From Candidatus Onthoplasma sp. (lineage in GTDB: Bacteria > Bacillota > Clostridia > Christensenellales > UBA1242), in assembly GCA_045126575.1 (NCBI GenBank), contig JBGVOQ010000019.1, forward strand, positions 39,876-103,875: 64,000 nt of DNA, written 5' to 3'. Below the pieces are notes generated by a model. It made no database searches, was not told where the DNA came from, and saw only the letters and a list, made by a program, of their open reading frames with translations. A program made the position numbers and the translations under genes. Shown one piece after another: positions 20,404-29,416 of this stretch. Every line of letters starts with the position of its first letter. The first letter of the stretch is position 1.

Positions 20404-21312
20404 TTACAACTTCGTTAAGCCTTTTTGTTTTTTCTTGTATCTTATATAGAATATTGGGGAAATGAGCCATCCTAAAAATCTATAAATTGATTTAGTATTC
20501 AATTCATTTTTAAATTGGTCTTTATATTTATTCAGTTTTTTCCAAGCAAAATATCTAGCCCAAGCAAATAAACATTTTTTAAGCCCAACTTTGTATTTTG
20601 TTAGATGATATGTATCACTTTTAAATGCATAATATGTTCCTAAAGGATTTTTAAACATTAGTTTTGCAGCATTTGCAGTATAACCATCAGTTTGATATTC
20701 GCCAATATATAGCAATTTATTGACAGCCAATATTTTATAGTCAAACATAAATTGATTGTATAAAACTTTTTCGGTAATAAATCGCTCATCTTCAATTTTA
20801 GGAAAATGGTATCGATTAACAATATTTGTTTTAAAAACTAAAAAAGTATCTTCATTGTACCCATGTTTTTGACCTAACTCATTAAAATATAGATATGTAT
20901 TAGATTGGGGCCAACTAGTATTAAATGGGGTGTTTGGATTTACTGCACGTCTATATACAATGCCAAGGCACTTTGAATCAACATCTGTTAAATCTTTATA
21001 AATTTCCTCAATTGCATTATTGGTTAAATAATCATCTGAATCCACACAGGCTATAAATTCCGTTTTACATATTTGATGTGCTAAATCTATAGCAGAATGC
21101 TTTCCACCGTTTGTTTTTTTGTAATAATTAATGTTTATAACATTTTCTTCAATAAATGAATTTACAACCTGTTCTGTATTATCAACAGAGCCATCGTCAA
21201 CAATCAACCATATAAAATTTTTGTTACTTTGATTAATTAATGATTGGTATAATTTTTTTAACAACTCAGCGCGATTGTATGTTGGGGTGAAGATGGTTAA
21301 ATTACAATTCAT
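20404..21312 (-). CDS. Glycosyltransferase family 2
   Basis: IFTPTYNRAELL, DDGSVDNT and DSDDY (DXD) motifs. I prefer the start at MNCNLT (21312). Confidence 0.85.
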   Translation of the reverse strand: MNCNLTIFTPTYNRAELLKKLYQSLINQSNKNFIWLIVDDGSVDNTEQVVNSFIEENVININYYKKTNGGKHSAIDLAHQICKTEFIACVDSDDYLTNNAIEEIYKDLTDVDSKCLGIVYRRAVNPNTPFNTSWPQSNTYLYFNELGQKHGYNEDTFLVFKTNIVNRYHFPKIEDERFITEKVLYNQFMFDYKILAVNKLLYIGEYQTDGYTANAAKLMFKNPLGTYYAFKSDTYHLTKYKVGLKKCLFAWARYFAWKKLNKYKDQFKNELNTKSIYRFLGWLISPIFYIRYKKKQKGLTKL

Positions 21313-22354
21313 CTTTGACTCCTTTATTATAAGTATAGGCTTGAGTAATTTTTTCAATATAAGATTGTATATCGTTATAATCTTTTGAAAAATTTAATAA
21401 ATAATCCTTATAAAAATCTTTAGTTTGATTGAGGATTTCTAATATATATTTTACAGCATCTTGGTCTTTATCGTATAGATATCCCATACGATTATCTGTA
21501 ATTAATTCAACTGCACCATCAACCCTAGTTGATACAAGAGGAAGTCCTAAAGCAAAAGCTTCTAATACTGCCATTGGAGTGCCCTCGTTAATCGAACTCA
21601 TCAGTAGCAATCGGCTGTCGTGCAAAATCTTATAAGGATTGCTTTGGAATCCAAGGAAGTGGATGTTGTTTGAAAGGTTATTAGACTTAACAAATTCTTC
21701 ACAAACGTCACGCAAGTCACCATCTCCAATAAAGGCGCATTTTGTTTTAGGTCTTATTTGAATTACGTCTTTTAAGATGGTTAGAGCCCTGATAGGGTTT
21801 TTAACTTCAACCAATCTTCCAAGCACACATATATCATAGTTATAATTATTTGTATCGGTAAGCGCTTTTTCTTTTAATTTTTCAATATCAATTATATTGT
21901 ACAAAATTTCACTTTTGTTTGCTACTTTATTTTTAAAACAGTATTTATCTAAGCAAGATTTTGACACCCAAAATATTTTGCTAAACTTTTTGCTTGCATA
22001 ATTATATAACAATGATTTTAATGTGATTTTACTCATTTTGCGTTCATCGTTGCCATGAATATGTGAAATCATTTTTGCCCTTTTTGCGAGTTGGCTTGCT
22101 ATAATACTGGCCTTCACATCATGGGCGTGTATTACGTCAGGATTATATATATTTACAATTTTGGTAAGGTTTTTTTTGCTTAATTTTTGTAGTGGAATAA
22201 ACTCTATATTCTTATCGGATAATGTTTGAGCTATAGGGCCATCAAGTGAGCAATATGCCATTTGTATATTATCTTTAAACATATCGATTATTTGACAAAC
22301 AACATTTTCCGCTCCTGAAAATTTATTGCTTGCTAGTAGGTGTAGAACTTTCAT
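21302..22354 (-). CDS. Glycosyltransferase family 4 (GT-B, retaining)
   Basis: 350 aa with a C-terminal EX7E region EGTPMAVLEAFALGLPLVST. Confidence 0.85.
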   Translation of the reverse strand: MKVLHLLASNKFSGAENVVCQIIDMFKDNIQMAYCSLDGPIAQTLSDKNIEFIPLQKLSKKNLTKIVNIYNPDVIHAHDVKASIIASQLAKRAKMISHIHGNDERKMSKITLKSLLYNYASKKFSKIFWVSKSCLDKYCFKNKVANKSEILYNIIDIEKLKEKALTDTNNYNYDICVLGRLVEVKNPIRALTILKDVIQIRPKTKCAFIGDGDLRDVCEEFVKSNNLSNNIHFLGFQSNPYKILHDSRLLLMSSINEGTPMAVLEAFALGLPLVSTRVDGAVELITDNRMGYLYDKDQDAVKYILEILNQTKDFYKDYLLNFSKDYNDIQSYIEKITQAYTYNKGVKDEL

Positions 22355-23069
22355 TTTGCTTCCTTTTGTTTTTAATTTTATTTACTAACTTCTCGCCCAT
22401 AATACGTTTGATAAATTGCTTGATCTTTGCTTTTAATTTAACAGATTTCTTAACCCAAGATGCGCAATAATGATGAATAGTGTGAGTATTTTTAGTTCTC
22501 CTAATTTTTCCATCAGTTAAATTTTTGGGGCTAAAATATTCCGAGGCGTAAAATATGGTATTGCCTATTTGTTGGGTTTCATTCTTTCGGATTAAGCCTT
22601 GTTGTTCGTAATAGTTTGTAAACACTTCACAAACAGTTAAGTTGATTAGATTGTTGACATCAAATTTTAAATTTTTATAGACGTTTAGAATATTTCCCAA
22701 ATCCTTATTATCCTTGACACAGCCTAATATTAATCCGGGATTTAACAAATTAGAACTTTCAAAACCCATAAAGCAATCATGAGTTAAGAAATTATCAATA
22801 GGCTTTAATAGTTCAACGTCAATATCAAAATAAATTCCGCCATGGTTATACAAAATGTCAGTACGTAACACATCTGATGCAAAGGCATATTTTTTGGCGG
22901 CCAATGCATCTTTTACAAACTGGTATTTATCTAAATCAAGATTACTTTCATCCCAACGCTTAATCTCATATTCTGGGCAATATTTTTGCCAACTGGCAAT
23001 ACATTTTTTTGCAATAGGTGGGAGTTCTTTTCCGCCTAGCCAAATATAGTGAATAACTTTTGGTATCAT
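22323..23069 (-). CDS. Glycosyltransferase, GT32-like (DXD sugar-transferase, capsule-synthesis type)
   Basis: N-terminal IPKVIHYIWLGGKELP and YFDIDVE (DXD). Confidence 0.75.
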   Translation of the reverse strand: MIPKVIHYIWLGGKELPPIAKKCIASWQKYCPEYEIKRWDESNLDLDKYQFVKDALAAKKYAFASDVLRTDILYNHGGIYFDIDVELLKPIDNFLTHDCFMGFESSNLLNPGLILGCVKDNKDLGNILNVYKNLKFDVNNLINLTVCEVFTNYYEQQGLIRKNETQQIGNTIFYASEYFSPKNLTDGKIRRTKNTHTIHHYCASWVKKSVKLKAKIKQFIKRIMGEKLVNKIKNKRKQNESSTPTSKQ

Positions 23070-23291
23070 AAAAACCTCTTAAATTGATAATATCATAATT
23101 ATATAATTAAATCAAACAATTAAAGCGAAATGATTAAAATATTTAATTTGTTTGTAAGCAAGCTAAACCGTGGGTACTTAAATCCAAACAAATTTTAACT
23201 AAATTGCAAAAAAGATGTGGCAAACTATTTACTTTTTTGCAAAATAATAGTATTATTTATATGAGATAAATATAGATAAAAGAGGTATGTT

Positions 23292-24950
23292 ATGGAAATT
23301 ACACCTAGCAATTTTATAGAACAAGCGATTGTTAACGATATTAAGGAAGGTAAAGTGTTTGGAGCGGTGCAAACAAGGCATCCACCAGAACCAAGTGGAT
23401 ATTTGCACATTGGACATGTTCGTAACATTGTATTAAATTACGGCACAGCGTTAAAATTTGGCGGTGTATGTAATTTGCGTTATGATGACACAAACCCTTT
23501 AAAGGAAAAGCAAGAATTTGTTGATGCATTACAACAAGACGTTATATGGTTGGGATATAAATGGGCAAACATTTTTTACGCAACCGATTATTTCCAACAA
23601 AACTACGAAATTGCGGTAAAACTTATTAAGGAAGGCAAGGCATATGTTTGTGATTTAAGCCCTGAGGAATTGTCAAAAACTCGTGGCACACTAACTGAGC
23701 CAGGAACCAATAGTCCATATCGTGACCGTAGTGTTGAGGAAAACCTTGAACTATTTGAACGTATGAAGAATGGTGAGTTTGAAATGGGAACTCGTTGTTT
23801 GCGTGCCAAGATTGATATGGCGGCATCAAATATTAACATGCGTGACCCAGTTATTTACCGTATTCAATATTTAGAACATCAACGTATTGGCCGTAGTTGG
23901 AATATTTATCCTACATACGACTTTTCGCATCCACTAGATGATGCGCTTGAAGGTGTAACTCACTCAATTTGCGGACTGGAGTTCGAAGACCATCGCCCAC
24001 TATATAATTGGGTGGTAGAAAATAGCGGATTACCTAATCGTCCACGCCAAATTGAATACTCCAACCTATTGATTAAAAATTCAGTATCAGGTAAACGTAA
24101 TATCAAAAAATTGGTTGAAGATGGAATTGTATGTGGTTTTGATGACCCAAGACTATATACTTTACGTGGATTACGTCGTCGTGGTGTGTTGCCTGAAAGT
24201 TTAGTTGACTTTGTTAAGGCGGCGGGATTTTCTAAGTCGACTACAATTTGTGAACGTAGCATGCTAGAATACTTTATCCGTAACACACTTAACGAAAAAG
24301 CTATGCGTGTTATGGCAGTGCTTGACCCAATTAAATTGGTGATTACCAACTATAATGGCGAGGAGGATATCGAACTAGAAGATTATCCTCAAAAGGAAGA
24401 AACAACCAAACGTAACTACAAGTTTGGCCGTGAACTATTGATTGAACGTAGCGACTTTGAAATTACTCCGCCACCTAAATATCACAGATTATATGTGGGC
24501 AACAGTGTAAGACTAAAAGGTGCTTATGTTGTTAAGTGTACCGGTTATGACCTAAACGAAGATGGCAGTGTAAAATGCGTGTATGCTGAATATGACCCAG
24601 AAACTAAGTCTGGCGGCAATAGTACTGTTAAGGTTAAGGGTACAATCCATTGGTTAAACGAAAAATATGTTACACCATGTGAAGTTAGAAATTATGAAAA
24701 CTTGCTAGCAGAAGAAGATGAGGGCTCAACTAACGAACGTGCTATTGTTAATGAATACAAAATTAATCCAAATTCAATTAAGGTTATTAATGCTTTTGTT
24801 GAAAGCGGAATTGATTATAACCTAGACGATAGATATCAATTTATCCGTAATGGTTTTTATTGCCTAGACAACAAGGATAGCAAAGCAGACGCACTAGTAT
24901 TTAACCGCGTGGTTGACCTAAAAGGCAGTTACAAGCCACAAGCGAATTAA
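23292..24950 (+). CDS. glnS: Glutaminyl-tRNA synthetase
   Basis: 552 aa. HIGH motif PEPSGYLHIGH, KMSKS-like VSGKR, and a GlnRS-type C-terminal beta-barrel region. Confidence 0.9.
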   Translation: MEITPSNFIEQAIVNDIKEGKVFGAVQTRHPPEPSGYLHIGHVRNIVLNYGTALKFGGVCNLRYDDTNPLKEKQEFVDALQQDVIWLGYKWANIFYATDYFQQNYEIAVKLIKEGKAYVCDLSPEELSKTRGTLTEPGTNSPYRDRSVEENLELFERMKNGEFEMGTRCLRAKIDMAASNINMRDPVIYRIQYLEHQRIGRSWNIYPTYDFSHPLDDALEGVTHSICGLEFEDHRPLYNWVVENSGLPNRPRQIEYSNLLIKNSVSGKRNIKKLVEDGIVCGFDDPRLYTLRGLRRRGVLPESLVDFVKAAGFSKSTTICERSMLEYFIRNTLNEKAMRVMAVLDPIKLVITNYNGEEDIELEDYPQKEETTKRNYKFGRELLIERSDFEITPPPKYHRLYVGNSVRLKGAYVVKCTGYDLNEDGSVKCVYAEYDPETKSGGNSTVKVKGTIHWLNEKYVTPCEVRNYENLLAEEDEGSTNERAIVNEYKINPNSIKVINAFVESGIDYNLDDRYQFIRNGFYCLDNKDSKADALVFNRVVDLKGSYKPQAN

Positions 24951-24972
24951 GATTTAGATTAAAGGAAAAATT

Positions 24973-26799
24973 ATGAAATTTGATAGTAAAACATTAAGAG
25001 AAACTTGGTTAAAGTTTTATGAAAGTAAAGGACATGTAAATATTGGTGCGGTGTCACTTATTGGTGATGGTACTACTGGCGTTATGTTTAACGTGGCTGG
25101 TATGCAACCACTTATGCCATATTTGCTTGGTGAAAAACACCCTATGGGTACCAGACTTTGCAATATTCAAGGTTGTGTGCGTACTATTGATATTGATAGC
25201 GTTGGTGATGAAAGCCACTTTACTTTCTTTGAAATGATGGGCAACTGGAGTTTAGGCGATTATTTTAAAAAGGAAAAAACCGCTTGGACTTTTGAATTGT
25301 TGACTGAAAAACTTGGTTTTGATAAGGATAAAATTTGTGCATCAGTATTTGCTGGTGACGAAACAGCACCAAGAGATGAAGAAACTGCCGAATTATTGTT
25401 GAATTTAGGAATTAAGAAAGAAAATATTTTCTTCTTGCCTAAAAAAGATAACTGGTGGGAACTTGAAGGTACAACTGGTACACCTTGTGGTCCAGATAAC
25501 GAGTGGTTTTATCCTCGCAACGACCACAAGTGTAGTGAAAATTGCGATATTACTTGCGATTGCGGTAGATATGTGGAAATTGGTAATGACGTATATATGC
25601 AATATGAAAAAACCGCTGATGGATATAAGCCTTTAAGCAATAAAAATGTGGACACTGGTTTTGGTTTTGAACGTTTGCTTATGTTCCTAAATGGATTGAC
25701 TGATGGTTACAAAATTGACATATTTAAAGGTGTTATTTCAATATTAGAAAATGCTAGCGGAATAAAGTATGGCGAAAATGCTGAAAGCACTAAGGCAATG
25801 CGTATTATTGCCGACCACTTACGTACTGCAACAATGCTTATAGGTGATGTTAATGGAATATTACCAAGTAATGTTGGAAGTGGATATATTTTACGTAGAT
25901 TAATGCGTAGAGCAATTCGCTATGCACGTAAAATCAATGTTGGAACTGAAGCGTTATTAAATATTGTTAAGGAATATATTGAAAACATCTATGGCGAAGC
26001 ATATCCATTATTAGTTGAAAAAGAAGAATATATTGTTAGCGAAGTAAATAAGGAAATTGATAAATTTAACAAAACAATCGAGGCGGGTACTAAGGAATTT
26101 GAAAAGGTAGTTAATGGGATAAGGCGTAAAAATCAATTTATGAAGATGACTAACCCTGATTTCAAGGAAGAAACTGAAATTGGTGGTAAGGCTGCGTTTA
26201 GGTTGTTTGATACATTTGGTTTCCCACTTGAAATGACTATCGAGATGGCTACTGAAATTGGATTTACTGTTGACGTGCCTGGCTATGATGAAGCATTTAA
26301 GGCTCACCAGGAACTTGCTCGTTCAACTTCTGCTGGCGCATTTAAGGGTGGCCTTGCTGATGATAGTGCTGAAACAGTGCGTCTTCACACTGCTTGCCAC
26401 TTGTTGCTTGCTGGACTTAGAAAGATGTTTGGTAATCATATTGAACAAAAGGGTAGCAATATTACAAGTGAACGTTTAAGATTTGACTTTAACTTTGACC
26501 GTAAATTAACTGAGGAAGAAGTAAAACTTCTTGAAGATTTTGTAAACAACGCTATTAAGTGCGAAATTCCTGTTGAAAGATTGGAAATGTCATTTAAAGA
26601 TGCAAAAGCACAAGGCGGATATGGTATCCACAAGGCTGATGAAAACGAAAATGTAAGCATATACAAGATTGGTGATGTAGACTTCCAAATTTGTGGCGGT
26701 CCACACGTTAGCAACACTAAAGAACTTGGTTCATTTAAAATTGCTAAACAAGAAGCGGTTTCGGCAGGTGTTCGTAGATTAAAAGCTACACTAAACTAA
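24973..26799 (+). CDS. alaS: Alanyl-tRNA synthetase, short form (catalytic plus editing domains, no C-Ala domain)
   Basis: 608 aa. Class II core FNVAGMQPLMPYLLG...FFEMMGNWSLGDYFK. Editing-domain zinc motifs HTACH and CGGPH near the C-terminus. Confidence 0.85.
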   Translation: MKFDSKTLRETWLKFYESKGHVNIGAVSLIGDGTTGVMFNVAGMQPLMPYLLGEKHPMGTRLCNIQGCVRTIDIDSVGDESHFTFFEMMGNWSLGDYFKKEKTAWTFELLTEKLGFDKDKICASVFAGDETAPRDEETAELLLNLGIKKENIFFLPKKDNWWELEGTTGTPCGPDNEWFYPRNDHKCSENCDITCDCGRYVEIGNDVYMQYEKTADGYKPLSNKNVDTGFGFERLLMFLNGLTDGYKIDIFKGVISILENASGIKYGENAESTKAMRIIADHLRTATMLIGDVNGILPSNVGSGYILRRLMRRAIRYARKINVGTEALLNIVKEYIENIYGEAYPLLVEKEEYIVSEVNKEIDKFNKTIEAGTKEFEKVVNGIRRKNQFMKMTNPDFKEETEIGGKAAFRLFDTFGFPLEMTIEMATEIGFTVDVPGYDEAFKAHQELARSTSAGAFKGGLADDSAETVRLHTACHLLLAGLRKMFGNHIEQKGSNITSERLRFDFNFDRKLTEEEVKLLEDFVNNAIKCEIPVERLEMSFKDAKAQGGYGIHKADENENVSIYKIGDVDFQICGGPHVSNTKELGSFKIAKQEAVSAGVRRLKATLN

Positions 26800-26817
26800 T
26801 ATATAGGGGTGAATATT

Positions 26818-27156
26818 ATGAGATATGAAATGAGGTTAAACAAATTGCCTTTTGGTCAAATTGTTGATGGCAAAAAGACTATTGAAGTAAGGTTAAATGA
26901 TGCTAAGCGAAAATTACTAGCGGTTGGAGATGAAATTTTGTCTAGCAATCGTGACAACCCTAATCAAACAATTGTTAAAACCATTAAGGATTTGAGATTG
27001 TACAATTCTTTTGCCGAAATGGCTAATAACGAAAATTGTGTATTGGCTGGTTTTGACAAAGGGTATACAGTGCAAAGCGTAATTTACACATATCACACCT
27101 ATTATTCACCTGAAGAAGAACAGCAATTTGGTGTTGTTGTAATTGAATTAGAATAA
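26818..27156 (+). CDS. ASCH-domain protein
   Basis: About 112 aa. MRLNKLPFGQIVDGKKTIEVRLNDAKR...GDEI resembles the ASC-1 homology beta-barrel. Starts 19 nt after the alaS stop. Confidence 0.6.
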   Translation: MRYEMRLNKLPFGQIVDGKKTIEVRLNDAKRKLLAVGDEILSSNRDNPNQTIVKTIKDLRLYNSFAEMANNENCVLAGFDKGYTVQSVIYTYHTYYSPEEEQQFGVVVIELE

Positions 27157-27198
27157 AAATAAAACTCTACATTTTGTGTGTAGAGTTTTATTTTTTTT
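27157..27198. terminator. Bidirectional terminator between the ASCH gene and the 127-aa ORF
   Basis: AAAACTCTACA-loop-TGTAGAGTTTTATTTTTTTT. Confidence 0.8.
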
Positions 27199-27208
27199 AT
27201 GAGTGGGT

Positions 27209-27592
27209 TTATTTTTTTAGACCATTTTCGTATTTAGAAGTGTCTTCATCAAATCGTTTTGCGGTTGCTTCCAAGATGGCGCTTTTTTCTTGCTCTCTAA
27301 AAGTTAAAAATGCCGCCTTGTATTTACTTCCAAATTTTTTATACATAAAATTAATCCAAGATTTATTGTGTACACCATTGTATAATTTGATTGTATAATT
27401 TGTATTATAGTCAAAATCTGTAAATTTTAATTTGATATCCCTTATTCTAAAAGTGATTTTACCTTCTTTAACCCTGTAATCTTCTATAGCGTTAAAATCA
27501 TATCGACTTTTGGCAAATTCATCATAATTTACCAGCTCGTAATTTGTAAGGTAATCGATTAAGTCTTCTTTGGTTAAGTGTTCTACAAACAT
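27209..27592 (-). CDS. Hypothetical protein
   Basis: 127 aa, with no recognisable motif. Lies 28 nt downstream of the ThyX-like gene on the same strand. Confidence 0.55.
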   Translation of the reverse strand: MFVEHLTKEDLIDYLTNYELVNYDEFAKSRYDFNAIEDYRVKEGKITFRIRDIKLKFTDFDYNTNYTIKLYNGVHNKSWINFMYKKFGSKYKAAFLTFREQEKSAILEATAKRFDEDTSKYENGLKK

Positions 27593-27620
27593 AAAGAGTT
27601 CTCCTAAATTTTAAAATATT

Positions 27621-28796
27621 TTAAATTAAACGGGTTTCATTAATGCCTTCCTTAAATCCGCAAGGGCTAGGACATTGATAGTTTGGGAATGTGCAACGTG
27701 CACCTTTGGTGTATTGTGCTAATTCTTCCGCACGTGGATGATTTTTTGCACGTAATTCTTCGACATATTTCTTTAGAATTAGATTTGTTTGTTGGTCGAT
27801 TTCAAGTTGGGCGCAAGTGCATTTGCGCTCCTTCATTTTTTGAATAAACCAATCAAGTCGACCAAACTCGTTTATATTAACTAGTAATCCTTGAGGGAAT
27901 ACCGAAGTTTGCTTTTCACAGTCGTTTGTCCACTCTTTAGTTAGTTGTTCGCTTCGGCGGATAATTGGTGGAACGTAAAATTTAGGTCCGTCAAGCAGTG
28001 TCATATTGTAGGCAAGTGTTCTATGGCGTTGTGCTTGGGCAAGTTGCGCAAAAGAGCCTTCGTAACTAACACTATATACATCACTAAAGATTTGCTCTGG
28101 CTTAATCATACGACCGATTAATGAAAGTTTACGGTTTTTATTATTTACGCCATTAGCGATTTCGGCATCTAGGTAAGGAGTGGTTTCGATTGATTTGCAA
28201 AAGTCTTGCATTGCAGGTTTTAGTGCTTGCATAAAGGCATTACTTTCTGTGCTATTAATTTCGTTAACAAACATTTGGTATATGTAGTTAAGTTGTTGAT
28301 AACTAACAGTGTATTCCATAGATGTTGGAGTAAATACTGAGATTAAATATCTTGCGTTTTCTTGTGCTAGTTTTTCAATTTTTTGGTCAGTAAACACTTG
28401 AGGATATTTGTCCTTATACATATCGCTAATTTCACGTTTAAATATTTCCAACCATTTATTATATAATTCCTGTTCCTTGTCCTTTAAGACCATTTTAGTG
28501 TAACGTGCGGACTTTTCGCTAGTGTTGTAAATACCTTCGTTATTTAAAACCATTGCAAGACCTTTAGGAATATCCTCAAGGGATAAAGTTATATGTGGAT
28601 GACCGTATACGCTATGATGCTGACTTATTTTAGTGCGCTCTGCACGTTTCATTGTTTTTTCAATAGGTTCGTTTTTAAGTGCTTCAAAGTTCTCAGGCAT
28701 ATAGCACACGCCTGCAGCGTGACCACTTAAACTATCAAATTCGCTTTTAGGTGCGATGTAACCTTCATGTGTGGTTGCTTCGATAGATATTTTCAT
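27621..28796 (-). CDS. ThyX-like (flavin-dependent thymidylate synthase superfamily) protein, divergent, with a Cys-rich C-terminal extension
   Basis: By-eye alignment to ThyX: AAGVCY, HHSVYGHPHITLSLEDIP and ...SEKSARY (the SxRY part of the ThyX signature). The canonical RHR position reads NEG. A C-terminal region of about 140 aa carries CTCAQ...CTFPNYQCPSPCG. Confidence 0.5.
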   Translation of the reverse strand: MKISIEATTHEGYIAPKSEFDSLSGHAAGVCYMPENFEALKNEPIEKTMKRAERTKISQHHSVYGHPHITLSLEDIPKGLAMVLNNEGIYNTSEKSARYTKMVLKDKEQELYNKWLEIFKREISDMYKDKYPQVFTDQKIEKLAQENARYLISVFTPTSMEYTVSYQQLNYIYQMFVNEINSTESNAFMQALKPAMQDFCKSIETTPYLDAEIANGVNNKNRKLSLIGRMIKPEQIFSDVYSVSYEGSFAQLAQAQRHRTLAYNMTLLDGPKFYVPPIIRRSEQLTKEWTNDCEKQTSVFPQGLLVNINEFGRLDWFIQKMKERKCTCAQLEIDQQTNLILKKYVEELRAKNHPRAEELAQYTKGARCTFPNYQCPSPCGFKEGINETRLI

Positions 28797-28903
28797 AATT
28801 CCCTCCCAATATTTAAAACTGCTAATATTATAATCTAAACCACGAATTTGTCAACGAAAAATATAGGGCTAAAAAAATAAATTTTAAAAATTTGTAAAAG
28901 GGG

Positions 28904-28932
28904 TTTACAAAACGAAATTTATATGCTACAAT
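28904..28932 (+). promoter_or_regulatory. Sigma-A-type promoter for rpsO
   Basis: TTTACA, a 17-nt spacer, then extended -10 TGcTACAAT. Confidence 0.55.
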
Positions 28933-29012
28933 GATTGCATACCATAACGTTGTGGCGAAATTTACTCGGTTCTCACAAGGTTATTGGCGAATTTATAAAA
29001 GGAGAGTAAATC

Positions 29013-29270
29013 ATGATTGATAAGAAAGCAATTATTGCTGAATTTGGCAAGAATGAAAAGGACACAGGTTCTACTGAAGTTCAAATTGCTATCCTAACAG
29101 CACGTATTAACAACTTGACTGAACACTTGAAGAACAACAAGCAAGACAAACACTCTACTCGTGGTCTTCAAATGATGAACAGCCAACGTCGTGCATTGTT
29201 AAGATACTTGGAACAAGAAGATATCGAACGTGCTCGTGCTATTAAGAAGAAATTAGGTCTTCGTGGATAG
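29013..29270 (+). CDS. rpsO: 30S ribosomal protein S15
   Basis: 85 aa with [22 protein letters not shown]...HSTRGL. Confidence 0.95.
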   Translation: MIDKKAIIAEFGKNEKDTGSTEVQIAILTARINNLTEHLKNNKQDKHSTRGLQMMNSQRRALLRYLEQEDIERARAIKKKLGLRG

Positions 29271-29277
29271 TGTATTT

Positions 29278-29307
29278 AAACTTCTCACTAGTTGTGGGAA
29301 GTTTTTT
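29278..29307 (+). terminator. Terminator after rpsO
   Basis: 11-bp stem AAACTTCTCAC / GTGGGAAGTTT followed by a T-run. Confidence 0.7.
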
Positions 29308-29416
29308 GTTGCAATTAGTACAAATTTTGCTAAGATTTGTAAATTATGGGTTTAAACATAAATATATTTTAATTGTTTTAATTGAAAATTTTATAATAGT
29401 ATGTTATAATGAAAGT

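Noticed and set aside
23070-23291. Possible T-box riboswitch upstream of glnS-alaS.
   Set aside because: I could not find the conserved T-box sequence (AA..GGGTGGTACCGCG-like) or a specifier/antiterminator arrangement. The region looks like a plain divergent promoter spacer.
27174-27398. 74-aa plus-strand ORF downstream of the ASCH gene.
   Set aside because: It starts inside the bidirectional terminator hairpin (27157-27198). It runs antisense through the 127-aa minus-strand gene and has no RBS.
29270-29416. N-terminal 49-aa extension of the holB ORF as given in the track.
   Set aside because: The extension spans the rpsO terminator (29278-29307) and an AT-rich promoter-like region. The ATG at 29417 gives a normal-length delta' subunit.
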